From NCBI GenBank assembly GCA_049591615.1, contig JBAWFD010000048.1, forward strand, positions 213 through 64,212: a DNA stretch of 64,000 bases, read 5' to 3'. How positions within the stretch are numbered: position 1 is the first letter of the stretch; each line of letters opens with the position of its first letter. The notes below the pieces were generated by a model. It searched no databases, was not told the origin of the DNA, and worked only from the letters and a program-made list of their open reading frames with translations. The DNA comes from Gammaproteobacteria bacterium (GTDB lineage Bacteria > Pseudomonadota > Gammaproteobacteria > Natronospirales > REEB76). This document shows positions 1 through 8,521 of this stretch, one piece after another. The position numbers and the translations under genes were made by a program.

Positions 1-758
1 TGAGCGGCCACCAACTCCCCCTTCCGTACACAAAGAGCCAGCAAAAGCAGGAAGGTCAGGAAGTTCTCGCGGCCCAGGTTCGGCGTTTTCTGCATGGCCT
101 CAAATAGTTTTTTAAGTTCATCGCGGTTCAGAGCGCGGGAACGTGGGGTTTCCTTACCGCCGGCATCAGCCATATCGAAATCAGCCGCAGGATTGTAGTC
201 TAGAATCCGGCGCTTGCGGCCATAGGCAAACATACCCTTGAGGTACGTCAGCGCGTCATTAGCGACGGTAGGTGCATGCTTTCTCAGTATGCCATCCAGG
301 ACGCGGTCAATATCGGCAGGTTTAACATCCTCGGCTGGTAGTCTGCCGATGATTGGTAGCACATGCTTGTCCAATACCTGTTTAACCTTGACGTGATATT
401 TCCACTTCGGGACGATGATGCGCGTATACCATTCAGAGGCTAGGGCTGTCATGGTGCTGCGCCGTTCAGCCTTCAGCGCTTCCTCGATGCGGGCGCGTTT
501 TTCAAGTGCGGGATCATGGCCACCATCAACTCGTGAACGGGCTGCGCGGGCAAGTTTTCGGGCGTGTGCAAGTGTGAGGTTCGGGTAATGTCCGAGGGTC
601 AGTTCACGCGCACGTCCACCGATGCGATAACGAAATGTCCAGCTCGCATGTCCACGCTTTGAAATGGTGAGGGTAAGTCCGTTGCCGTCACTTTTACCTG
701 CAATAGGATCGCCGGCAGTAATCCAATTCCGCACCTGAATATCTGTTAGTTTCGCCAT
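1..758 (-). CDS. int: P4/CP4-57-type tyrosine integrase, N-terminal ~252 codons only (gene continues beyond window start)
   Basis: This gene is not in the ORF track because it runs off the window. My translation from the ATG (complement of 756-758) is open all the way to position 1: MAKLTDIQVRNWITAGDPIAGKSDGNGLTLTISKRGHASWTFRYRIGGRARELTLGHYPNLTLAHARKLARAARSRVDGGHDP...NRDELKKLFEAM...FLLLLALCVRKGELVAA. It has the typical DUF4102 arm-binding N-terminus followed by the start of the core-binding/catalytic region. A GAGGG Shine-Dalgarno lies a few nt upstream. Confidence 0.85.
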   Translation of the reverse strand, partial: MAKLTDIQVRNWITAGDPIAGKSDGNGLTLTISKRGHASWTFRYRIGGRARELTLGHYPNLTLAHARKLARAARSRVDGGHDPALEKRARIEEALKAERRSTMTALASEWYTRIIVPKWKYHVKVKQVLDKHVLPIIGRLPAEDVKPADIDRVLDGILRKHAPTVANDALTYLKGMFAYGRKRRILDYNPAADFDMADAGGKETPRSRALNRDELKKLFEAMQKTPNLGRENFLTFLLLLALCVRKGELVAA

Positions 759-774
759 GTTTTCCCTCAGCGTG

Positions 775-846
775 TGTGTAGCTACGGAGGAGAAAAAATG
801 GCAATTCCACGTTCCGAAACCCGTAGCTACACATCTAGCTACACAT
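775..846. repeat. GTAGCTAC-core repeat cluster upstream of int: perfect 13-bp inverted repeat TGTGTAGCTACGG (775-787) / CCGTAGCTACACA (821-833) plus tandem TAGCTACACAT (824-834 and 836-846)
   Basis: Read directly from the sequence. The core GTAGCTAC is itself palindromic. The cluster lies 17-90 bp upstream of the integrase start. Confidence 0.7.
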
Positions 847-952
847 ACTCTAGGCGCTGGTGCTTGACGTTACAAGAGGATACCAGAGGCTAACTTACTG
901 TTTTATCAGGAAAGTGGTCTTTATGCTGGACAGTGCTGGACCCCACAAAACG

Positions 953-1819
953 CTATTCCAAGTTCTGCACCTGCTCGCGCATCTGTTCGATCAGCACCTT
1001 CAATTCCACTACGCGCTTGGTGACCGCAGAATCCTGGCACTTGGAGCCCAGTGTATTGGCCTCGCGGTTGAATTCCTGCATGAGAAAGTCCAGCCGCCGT
1101 CCCATGGCATCACCGCCCTTCAGGCTGCTCGTAAACTCGGCCAGATGGCTATCGAGGCGGTCCAGTTCCTCGGAAATATCCAGCCGCTGCAACAACAGCA
1201 CCAATTCCTGCTCAAGACGGCTCTCATCGACACTGAGCTTTAATTCATCGAAACGCGCCCGCAACTTGTGATGTAACTGTTCGCGGACTTGGCCGGTATG
1301 TTTACGTATCTCGGCTACGATCGCGCCGATCTGTCGCGCACGTTCGCGTAACAGGTTGGCGATGCGCTCGCCTTCATTCACGCGCATGCCGGTCAACGTA
1401 GCCAGGACCTGGTCAAGCAGTTTCAATGCATCAGCACTCACTTGCTGTACGTCGTGTCGCGGTTCCCTGACCACCCCCGGCCAACGCAGCAAGTCCAGGC
1501 CGTTGATGGGAGATGAACGGCTCAGCATTCCATTCATGCGCTCCGCAGCCTCGGCCACCGTTCGGGCGTGATGTTCATCCACTTCCAGCACCGTCCCGAC
1601 CCCAACCGCCGCCTCAAACCGCAACTGGCCGTCCACTCTGCCACGCCGCAATACTGCAGCAACGCGCTCGCGACATTCAGGCTCGAGCGCGCGCAGGTCC
1701 TCCGGCAGACGCAGGCTGATATCCAGATAACGGTGGTTGACTGTGCGCAATTCCCAGGTGAGGCTGCCCGAGTGGCCACGAGTCTCGCCGCGCGAAAATC
1801 CCGTCATGCTGCAGATCAT
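953..1819 (-). CDS. yicC: YicC family stress-induced protein (endoribonuclease-like)
   Basis: ORF 953..1879. The likely true start is the ATG at 1819, giving MICSMTGFSRGE..., which matches the YicC N-terminus (MIxSMTGFxR). The C-terminal DUF1732-like coiled region is present. Confidence 0.85.
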   Translation of the reverse strand: MICSMTGFSRGETRGHSGSLTWELRTVNHRYLDISLRLPEDLRALEPECRERVAAVLRRGRVDGQLRFEAAVGVGTVLEVDEHHARTVAEAAERMNGMLSRSSPINGLDLLRWPGVVREPRHDVQQVSADALKLLDQVLATLTGMRVNEGERIANLLRERARQIGAIVAEIRKHTGQVREQLHHKLRARFDELKLSVDESRLEQELVLLLQRLDISEELDRLDSHLAEFTSSLKGGDAMGRRLDFLMQEFNREANTLGSKCQDSAVTKRVVELKVLIEQMREQVQNLE

Positions 1820-1917
1820 ATGAAGAACCTTCCCCATGGGACACCGTGACGGCAAAGCAAAATGGTAAGCTAAATGCATAGCCAGCCGATACCCAGCCCA
1901 CCCAGCAGGGCCCTACA

Positions 1918-2655
1918 GTGAAAATTGAAACCGCCCAGGTCTCCCGCCTAGGTAATCGCAGCGAGAATCAGGACCGCGCCCGAATTGCGGCGTCCGGTAA
2001 ACACACCTTACTCATAGTAGCGGATGGTATGGGTGGTCATATCGGCGGTGATCTGGCCGCAGAAACCGCCGTCGAAACAGTGATGAAAGCGTTTCAAGAG
2101 ACAGACGCGATCTTCGAACCGACTGAATTTCTGCGCAGCAGTATCGTCGCCGCACATCGGGCGGTGGTTGCCTTGGGTGCGGAACTCGATCCGGATCTGC
2201 GTCCACGCACCACCATCACTACCTGCTTGATCACCGCCGGCATGGTTCGCTGGGCACATGTGGGCGATAGCCGTGTGTATTTCATCCGTGATCGGCACGT
2301 GCTGGCGCGCACCCGAGATCACAGTGCGGTAGAAATTCTTGCGCAACAGGGTTTGCTTGAGGATACCGATCTGTCCATGCATCCGCTACGTAATTTCGTG
2401 GACCAGTGCCTTGGCGGAGATTCGGAATTGCCAACAATCGATATATCAGATCCGCATCCGCTGCTGGCGGGTGATGTGGTGGTGTTATGTACCGATGGCT
2501 TCTGGGCGCCGCTTACCGATGTACAGCTGGCGCGGGCATTGGGTGAACAACTGGAACTGCAGGCCAGTCTGGAGGCGTTGGCCATGGAAGCGGAACTGCG
2601 TACCACGCCCGCGAGCGACAACATCACCGCTGCGGCGCTCCGCTGGCCCGGTTGA
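1918..2655 (+). CDS. PP2C (PPM) family Ser/Thr protein phosphatase
   Basis: GTG start. Motifs RSENQD, ADGMGGH and CTDG are typical of PPM phosphatases. Confidence 0.85.
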   Translation: MKIETAQVSRLGNRSENQDRARIAASGKHTLLIVADGMGGHIGGDLAAETAVETVMKAFQETDAIFEPTEFLRSSIVAAHRAVVALGAELDPDLRPRTTITTCLITAGMVRWAHVGDSRVYFIRDRHVLARTRDHSAVEILAQQGLLEDTDLSMHPLRNFVDQCLGGDSELPTIDISDPHPLLAGDVVVLCTDGFWAPLTDVQLARALGEQLELQASLEALAMEAELRTTPASDNITAAALRWPG

Positions 2656-2754
2656 TTCACTTCTAGTGAAGTGCTTTTTGGTGTGCATGACGCAGAGTGC
2701 GTCTTGCATGCGGATAAATAATCATTATCACCGATTATGTTTTGGAGTTCCTGT

Positions 2755-3471
2755 ATGCGCAGTCACGCTCGAGCCAATAACCAACTACGCCCGGTCACAT
2801 TCACCCGTAACTACACCCGCCACGCAGAAGGATCCGTGCTAACCAGCTTCGGTGATACCCGGGTACTGTGCACCGTGAGCGTGGAAGAGCGGGTGCCTGC
2901 ATTTCTGAAGGGCGCCGGAAAGGGCTGGTTGACGGCTGAGTACAGCATGCTGCCGCGCGCTACGCATATGCGCACGGAACGCGAGGCGGCCCGCGGCAAG
3001 CAGGCGGGGCGCACCCTGGAAATCCAACGCCTCATCGGGCGTGCATTGCGCGCCGTTGTGGACCTGCAAGCCCTCGGCGAACGTACCCTGATTCTTGACT
3101 GTGATGTACTGCAGGCGGATGGCGGCACGCGTACCGCTGCCATCACCGGCAGCTATGTAGCCCTGGTGGATGCTGTACGTGTGCTTCACAAACAGGGATT
3201 GGTCAAAAAAGATCCACTGCGCGGTGCGGTGGCAGCGGTATCCGCGGGCATCGTCAAGGGTGAGCCGTTGCTGGATCTGGACTATGCAGAAGATTCCCAG
3301 GCAGAAACCGACATGAATGTGGTCATGAACGATGCCGATGCGTTTGTGGAAATCCAAGGTACTGCGGAAACCCGTGCATTCCAACGCGACCAGCTGGATC
3401 AGTTGCTGGCGCTCGCCAGCGATGGCATTCGCACACTCATTGCTGCGCAATCCAAAGCGCTGGGGCAATGA
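2755..3471 (+). CDS. rph: Ribonuclease PH
   Basis: ORF 2737..3471. I prefer the start at 2755, giving [29 protein letters not shown]. It has RNase PH sequence throughout ([28 protein letters not shown]). Confidence 0.9.
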   Translation: MRSHARANNQLRPVTFTRNYTRHAEGSVLTSFGDTRVLCTVSVEERVPAFLKGAGKGWLTAEYSMLPRATHMRTEREAARGKQAGRTLEIQRLIGRALRAVVDLQALGERTLILDCDVLQADGGTRTAAITGSYVALVDAVRVLHKQGLVKKDPLRGAVAAVSAGIVKGEPLLDLDYAEDSQAETDMNVVMNDADAFVEIQGTAETRAFQRDQLDQLLALASDGIRTLIAAQSKALGQ

Positions 3472-4067
3472 TGAAGGTGGTACTAGCCACTGGCAATACT
3501 GGCAAGCTGCACGAACTGCAGGCGATGCTCACGGACAGTGGCATCGAAGTACTGCCGCAACGCGCGTTGGGCGTACATGCAATTGAGGAAAACGGAGCGA
3601 GTTTCCTGGGAAACGCCCTGCTGAAAGCGCGTAATGCCGCCCGCCAGACTGGCTTGCCGGCGATTGCCGATGATTCAGGTCTGGAAGTGGATGCACTTGG
3701 GGGCGCGCCCGGAGTGTATTCTGCACGTTATGCCGGCGCCGAGGCCAGCGATGCGGATAAGCTGGAAAAACTCCTAAAGGAATTGCGCCAGGTGCCTACA
3801 AACAATCGCACGGCGCGCTTCCGCTGCATCGTTGTGTATGTACGTCATACGGATGATCCGATGCCTGTGGCTTGTGAAGGCATCTGGGAGGGCTGTATTC
3901 TTGAAAAACCTCGCGGCAGCAACGGCTTTGGTTATGATCCGGTGTTCCTGGTGCCTGGAGAAAATAAATCCGCAGCCGAACTCACTTCCGTAGAAAAAAA
4001 TCGCTTGAGTCATCGTGGCCAGGCTTTACGCAAGCTAGTGCAACAGCTCGCCACCCTGGATCCTTGA
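3468..4067 (+). CDS. rdgB: Non-canonical purine NTP pyrophosphatase (dITP/XTP pyrophosphatase)
   Basis: [15 protein letters not shown]...FGYDP...SHRG is Ham1/RdgB family sequence. The start overlaps the rph stop (ATGA). Confidence 0.9.
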   Translation: MMKVVLATGNTGKLHELQAMLTDSGIEVLPQRALGVHAIEENGASFLGNALLKARNAARQTGLPAIADDSGLEVDALGGAPGVYSARYAGAEASDADKLEKLLKELRQVPTNNRTARFRCIVVYVRHTDDPMPVACEGIWEGCILEKPRGSNGFGYDPVFLVPGENKSAAELTSVEKNRLSHRGQALRKLVQQLATLDP

Positions 4068-5278
4068 TGCTGCCGACACGCATGCTTGCCGACCCGCCCC
4101 TCTCGCTTTACGTGCACCTGCCCTGGTGCGTGCACAAGTGCCCGTATTGCGATTTCAATTCCCATGCTATCAAGGGTGGCCTTCCGGAAGCAGAGTACGC
4201 GGCTGCGTTGCTGCGTGATCTGCAACAGGATCTGCCGCGCGTCCGGGGCCGACACCTGCAGTCCGTGTTTTTGGGCGGCGGTACGCCCAGCTTGTTCAGA
4301 CCGGAAACCATCGCGCTCATCCTGGATGAAGCCCGGCAATGCCTGCCACTGATCGACGGCGCTGAAATCACATTGGAGGCCAATCCTGGCACCATCGAAC
4401 GCGGACGCTTTGCAGAATACCGGGCTGCAGGCGTGACCCGCCTGTCCATCGGAGTGCAGAGCTTCAACACACTGCATTTGCAGATACTGGGGCGCATTCA
4501 TAGTGCCCAAGAAGCAATCAACGCCGCTGAAGAGGCCCATGCCGCCGGTCTGGATAATTTTAATCTGGATCTCATGTATGGATTACCACAACAGACCCTG
4601 GAACAGGCACTCATGGATATAAGAAGTGCGATCGCGCTTGCGCCTGCACATCTTTCCCACTACCAGCTCACGCTCGAACCCAATACGCTTTTTCATGCGC
4701 ATCCGCCTGCGCTTCCTGACGACGAGGTAACCTGGCAGATGCAGCTGGCATGCCAGGCGGTGCTCTGTAAGCAAGGCTTCAACCAATATGAGATCTCCGC
4801 CTATGCACGCAACGGCCGGCAGTGCGGCCACAACCTGAACTATTGGCGGTATGGTGATTATCTGGGCATCGGTGCTGGCGCCCACAGTAAATTAAGCGAT
4901 CTGCAGCAAGGCCGCATCCTGCGGCTGTGGAAGGTAAAGCAACCCTCGGCCTACTTGCGAACCGCAGGAACCGCCCAGGGTATCGGCGCCATCACGGATG
5001 TGGCAGAGGCAGACCGAATCTTTGAATTCATGCTGAACCGTTTGCGGTTGTATGAGGGTTTCAGCCCTGCTGACTTCGAGTTGGCCACGTGCTTACCCTA
5101 CGCCCGGATACACACTGCTCTGGAGCAAGCTCAAGCCTTAAACCTCGTGCAAAAGACCAGGGGCCGATGGCAGCCCACTCCGACCGGATATGCATACCTG
5201 AACGACTTACAGGCACGATTTTTACCCGAGGTGTCTACACCTGCCACCCCAAGACTACGCCCAACTGTAAGGGCATAA
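4064..5278 (+). CDS. hemW: Radical SAM heme chaperone HemW (HemN-like, coproporphyrinogen oxidase family)
   Basis: It carries the CxxxCxxC radical-SAM motif (HLPWCVHKCPYCDFNS) and a HemN_C-like tail. It sits in the conserved rph-rdgB-hemW order. Confidence 0.85.
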   Translation: MMLPTRMLADPPLSLYVHLPWCVHKCPYCDFNSHAIKGGLPEAEYAAALLRDLQQDLPRVRGRHLQSVFLGGGTPSLFRPETIALILDEARQCLPLIDGAEITLEANPGTIERGRFAEYRAAGVTRLSIGVQSFNTLHLQILGRIHSAQEAINAAEEAHAAGLDNFNLDLMYGLPQQTLEQALMDIRSAIALAPAHLSHYQLTLEPNTLFHAHPPALPDDEVTWQMQLACQAVLCKQGFNQYEISAYARNGRQCGHNLNYWRYGDYLGIGAGAHSKLSDLQQGRILRLWKVKQPSAYLRTAGTAQGIGAITDVAEADRIFEFMLNRLRLYEGFSPADFELATCLPYARIHTALEQAQALNLVQKTRGRWQPTPTGYAYLNDLQARFLPEVSTPATPRLRPTVRA

Positions 5279-5717
5279 GCCTATGCCTGGCCTTCACTCA
5301 GCAAGGTGAACGCTGCATCACTAAACCGCAATATGACAGGACCGACCGATGGCCTGTGCAATTCAAATAGTCAGTATTGAGGTGCCATTCTGCACCATGC
5401 CCCGCCACGGGTGCGCTGGCGGGACCTAGGTGGCGTGGCCTATTTGAAAACTCTGATCCCGGAAGGCTTGATTAGACGCGGGGTGGAATTCGTTGTGGCT
5501 TGCAGCGCCCAGGGCAAATACGCTGGCTGCGGTAGGATTGTTCGGCAAGCATTCTAGCCATCGATTCCATGTCCGCCAACGGATTGGATTTATACCCACG
5601 AACAAGAGGTTATGCACATCTGCTTGGCCGCAATATGAGCCGTGGAACTCTTGGGAGTGCTCCTGGGTTACAAAGCGCGTATTTTTTATAACTCATTGTT
5701 TATTAAGTATTTTAGTA

Positions 5718-5887
5718 TCTGGATAAGAATTCGCCAATTTAAAGCATCCTGAATCCACGTGGGCATTGCATTCGGTGCAGCAAGTTTAATCCACAGACTT
5801 ATCCACTGCTTTTGTTAACAACCCGGTTTAACCAATATTGTCAGATAGTTAAAGGCTATCAATGTCATGCTAGGTGACAAATCCACA
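5718..5887. promoter_or_regulatory. Cluster of DnaA-box-like 9-mers next to an AT-rich tract
   Basis: Four 9-mers are present: TCTGGATAA (5718-5726, 1 mismatch to TGTGGATAA), TAATCCACA (5787-5795, 1 mismatch to TTATCCACA), TTATCCACT (5799-5807, 1 mismatch) and AAATCCACA (5879-5887, 2 mismatches). By my count, 5681-5740 is about 22% GC. Confidence 0.35.
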
Positions 5888-6008
5888 CTAAGCCCTTGCT
5901 GGAGTGCAGATACCTGACATTAGCAGCCTGCGAGACTTGCTGCTCACTCGGGTGCGCGTTATCATGCGCGCCCTTCAAAATGTCTGAATTTCTAGAATCG
6001 AGGCTTGC

Positions 6009-6218
6009 ATGAAATCCGGTATCCACCCCGAATATAAGGAAATCACCGTGACTTGCAGCTGTGGCAACAGCTTCGTCACGCGCTCCACCTTGGGCCGGGA
6101 TCTGCACGTGGAAGTCTGCTCCAGTTGCCATCCGTTTTTCACCGGTAAACAGAAAATCGTGGATACCGCCGGTCGCGTGGATAAATTCCGCAAGAAATAC
6201 GCGCGCAAGTCTGCATAA
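6009..6218 (+). CDS. rpmE: 50S ribosomal protein L31 (Zn-binding type, CxC...CxxC)
   Basis: [22 protein letters not shown]...[13 protein letters not shown] is canonical L31. Confidence 0.95.
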   Translation: MKSGIHPEYKEITVTCSCGNSFVTRSTLGRDLHVEVCSSCHPFFTGKQKIVDTAGRVDKFRKKYARKSA

Positions 6219-6494
6219 TTGTTCGGTTTCTTGATCGGCCGTGAGCGCATGAAACTGCTCGGCATACATTTCATGTATGTACTGAATCCAGTCATTATCC
6301 TGATTTTTGTTAGGTAAGTTATGTGGGCCGCGATGATATAATCCATCACGCGGTGCCATCCCGGCTTACTCGAAGCCAGCCAAACGACACAGCCCCGTTC
6401 CTGCCGGATTCGCACGGCTATCTACACGGGGTTCTACGCCCAGCTCCAGTTGCGCCTCGAGCACCTATCCGGCAGCTGATAATGGATACCTAAC

Positions 6495-7790
<1,296 letters not shown>

Positions 7791-7818
7791 AACGAAGAAT
7801 TTGACAGTGCGCTGAATT

Positions 7819-7847
7819 AAGCGGCTTTAACAGCCGCTTTTTATTTT
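7819..7847 (+). terminator. Rho-independent terminator after gltA
   Basis: An 8-bp stem AAGCGGCT/AGCCGCTT with a 5-nt loop is followed by TTTTTATTTT. Confidence 0.7.
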
Positions 7848-7858
7848 CGCAGTGAAAA

Positions 7859-8476
7859 TTAATCGTCGCTAGCCAACAAAATATCGATTTCGCGTAACGA
7901 TGCGCGCCGCATGGGCTTACCATCCAACGGACTCGCAGGTGCTTCCCGGATGCCATCCACACGAAACACCGTGAGTTCGATGGGTGTGTTTCCAGCCACA
8001 AAACGATACACCGGGTACTCGTGCTGCACGCCAGCGCCCGACTTCAATTTGCGCGCAGAGACTTCATAGGGAATGTTTTTCTCCATGAGAAAAATAGCTA
8101 CATGCTCAGGCACATCGCTGAATACATGTAGATAAATGATCGCGTGGTCGGAAGCAGTGCCAGCGAGTACCGGCCCCACCAAGCGGGCATCGAAGCCATT
8201 GAGCATGCGCATGGCTTCACGTGCGGTCTCGCGAAGCTGGCGTACATGCAGGGGCTGTGAATCGGCTCGGAACAGGCGTTGGTGCGCAGCCAGCGCTTGT
8301 TCCACTTCGAGATTGGTGGGCAGGTGCAGACTGCGTGTATCGAAGCCCAAGCGTTCCGCGGCCTTGCGTTTGGCGAAACGGAAATCGCGTACCCCCTCCT
8401 CTGCCAGGATGCGAGCGGTCTCCTGTGCAAGCAAATGCCGCAAATCATCCGTATGCGGAAATACACGACGGGTCAT
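7859..8476 (-). CDS. Conserved hypothetical protein (no motif I can assign)
   Basis: A 205-aa ORF with coding-like composition that fills the gap between gltA and mrcA. I do not recognise a family. Confidence 0.55.
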   Translation of the reverse strand: MTRRVFPHTDDLRHLLAQETARILAEEGVRDFRFAKRKAAERLGFDTRSLHLPTNLEVEQALAAHQRLFRADSQPLHVRQLRETAREAMRMLNGFDARLVGPVLAGTASDHAIIYLHVFSDVPEHVAIFLMEKNIPYEVSARKLKSGAGVQHEYPVYRFVAGNTPIELTVFRVDGIREAPASPLDGKPMRRASLREIDILLASDD

Positions 8477-8521
8477 ACGTTTTTTAGGATGAATGCTTAT
8501 TAAAAAAGATTAGCATAAACC

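Noticed and set aside
798-893. A 31-codon ORF with a GGAGG Shine-Dalgarno sequence inside the integrase upstream repeats (MAIPRSETRSYTSSYTYSRRWCLTLQEDTRG).
   Set aside because: It is too short and has no resemblance to excisionase/AlpA-type proteins. Its sequence is largely dictated by the GTAGCTAC repeats. I mention it only within the repeat finding.
759-952. A tRNA or tmRNA attachment site next to the integrase.
   Set aside because: I could not find a T-loop (GGTTCRANYC-like) or an acceptor-stem pattern by eye on either strand. This needs tRNAscan-SE or Aragorn to be certain.
5326-5638. The 11-nt direct repeat CCGCAATATGA at 5326-5336 and 5628-5638, considered as a target-site duplication of a ~300-bp MITE.
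   Set aside because: There are no terminal inverted repeats inside the repeats, and no second copy occurs elsewhere in the window. A single 11-mer coincidence in 730 bp is not very unlikely.
5279-6008. Calling this region the chromosomal origin (oriC).
   Set aside because: It has only three or four imperfect boxes and none matches the consensus exactly. There is no dnaA, dnaN, gidA or rpmH context. I cannot compute GC skew from one window. I kept it as a DnaA-box cluster of unknown role.
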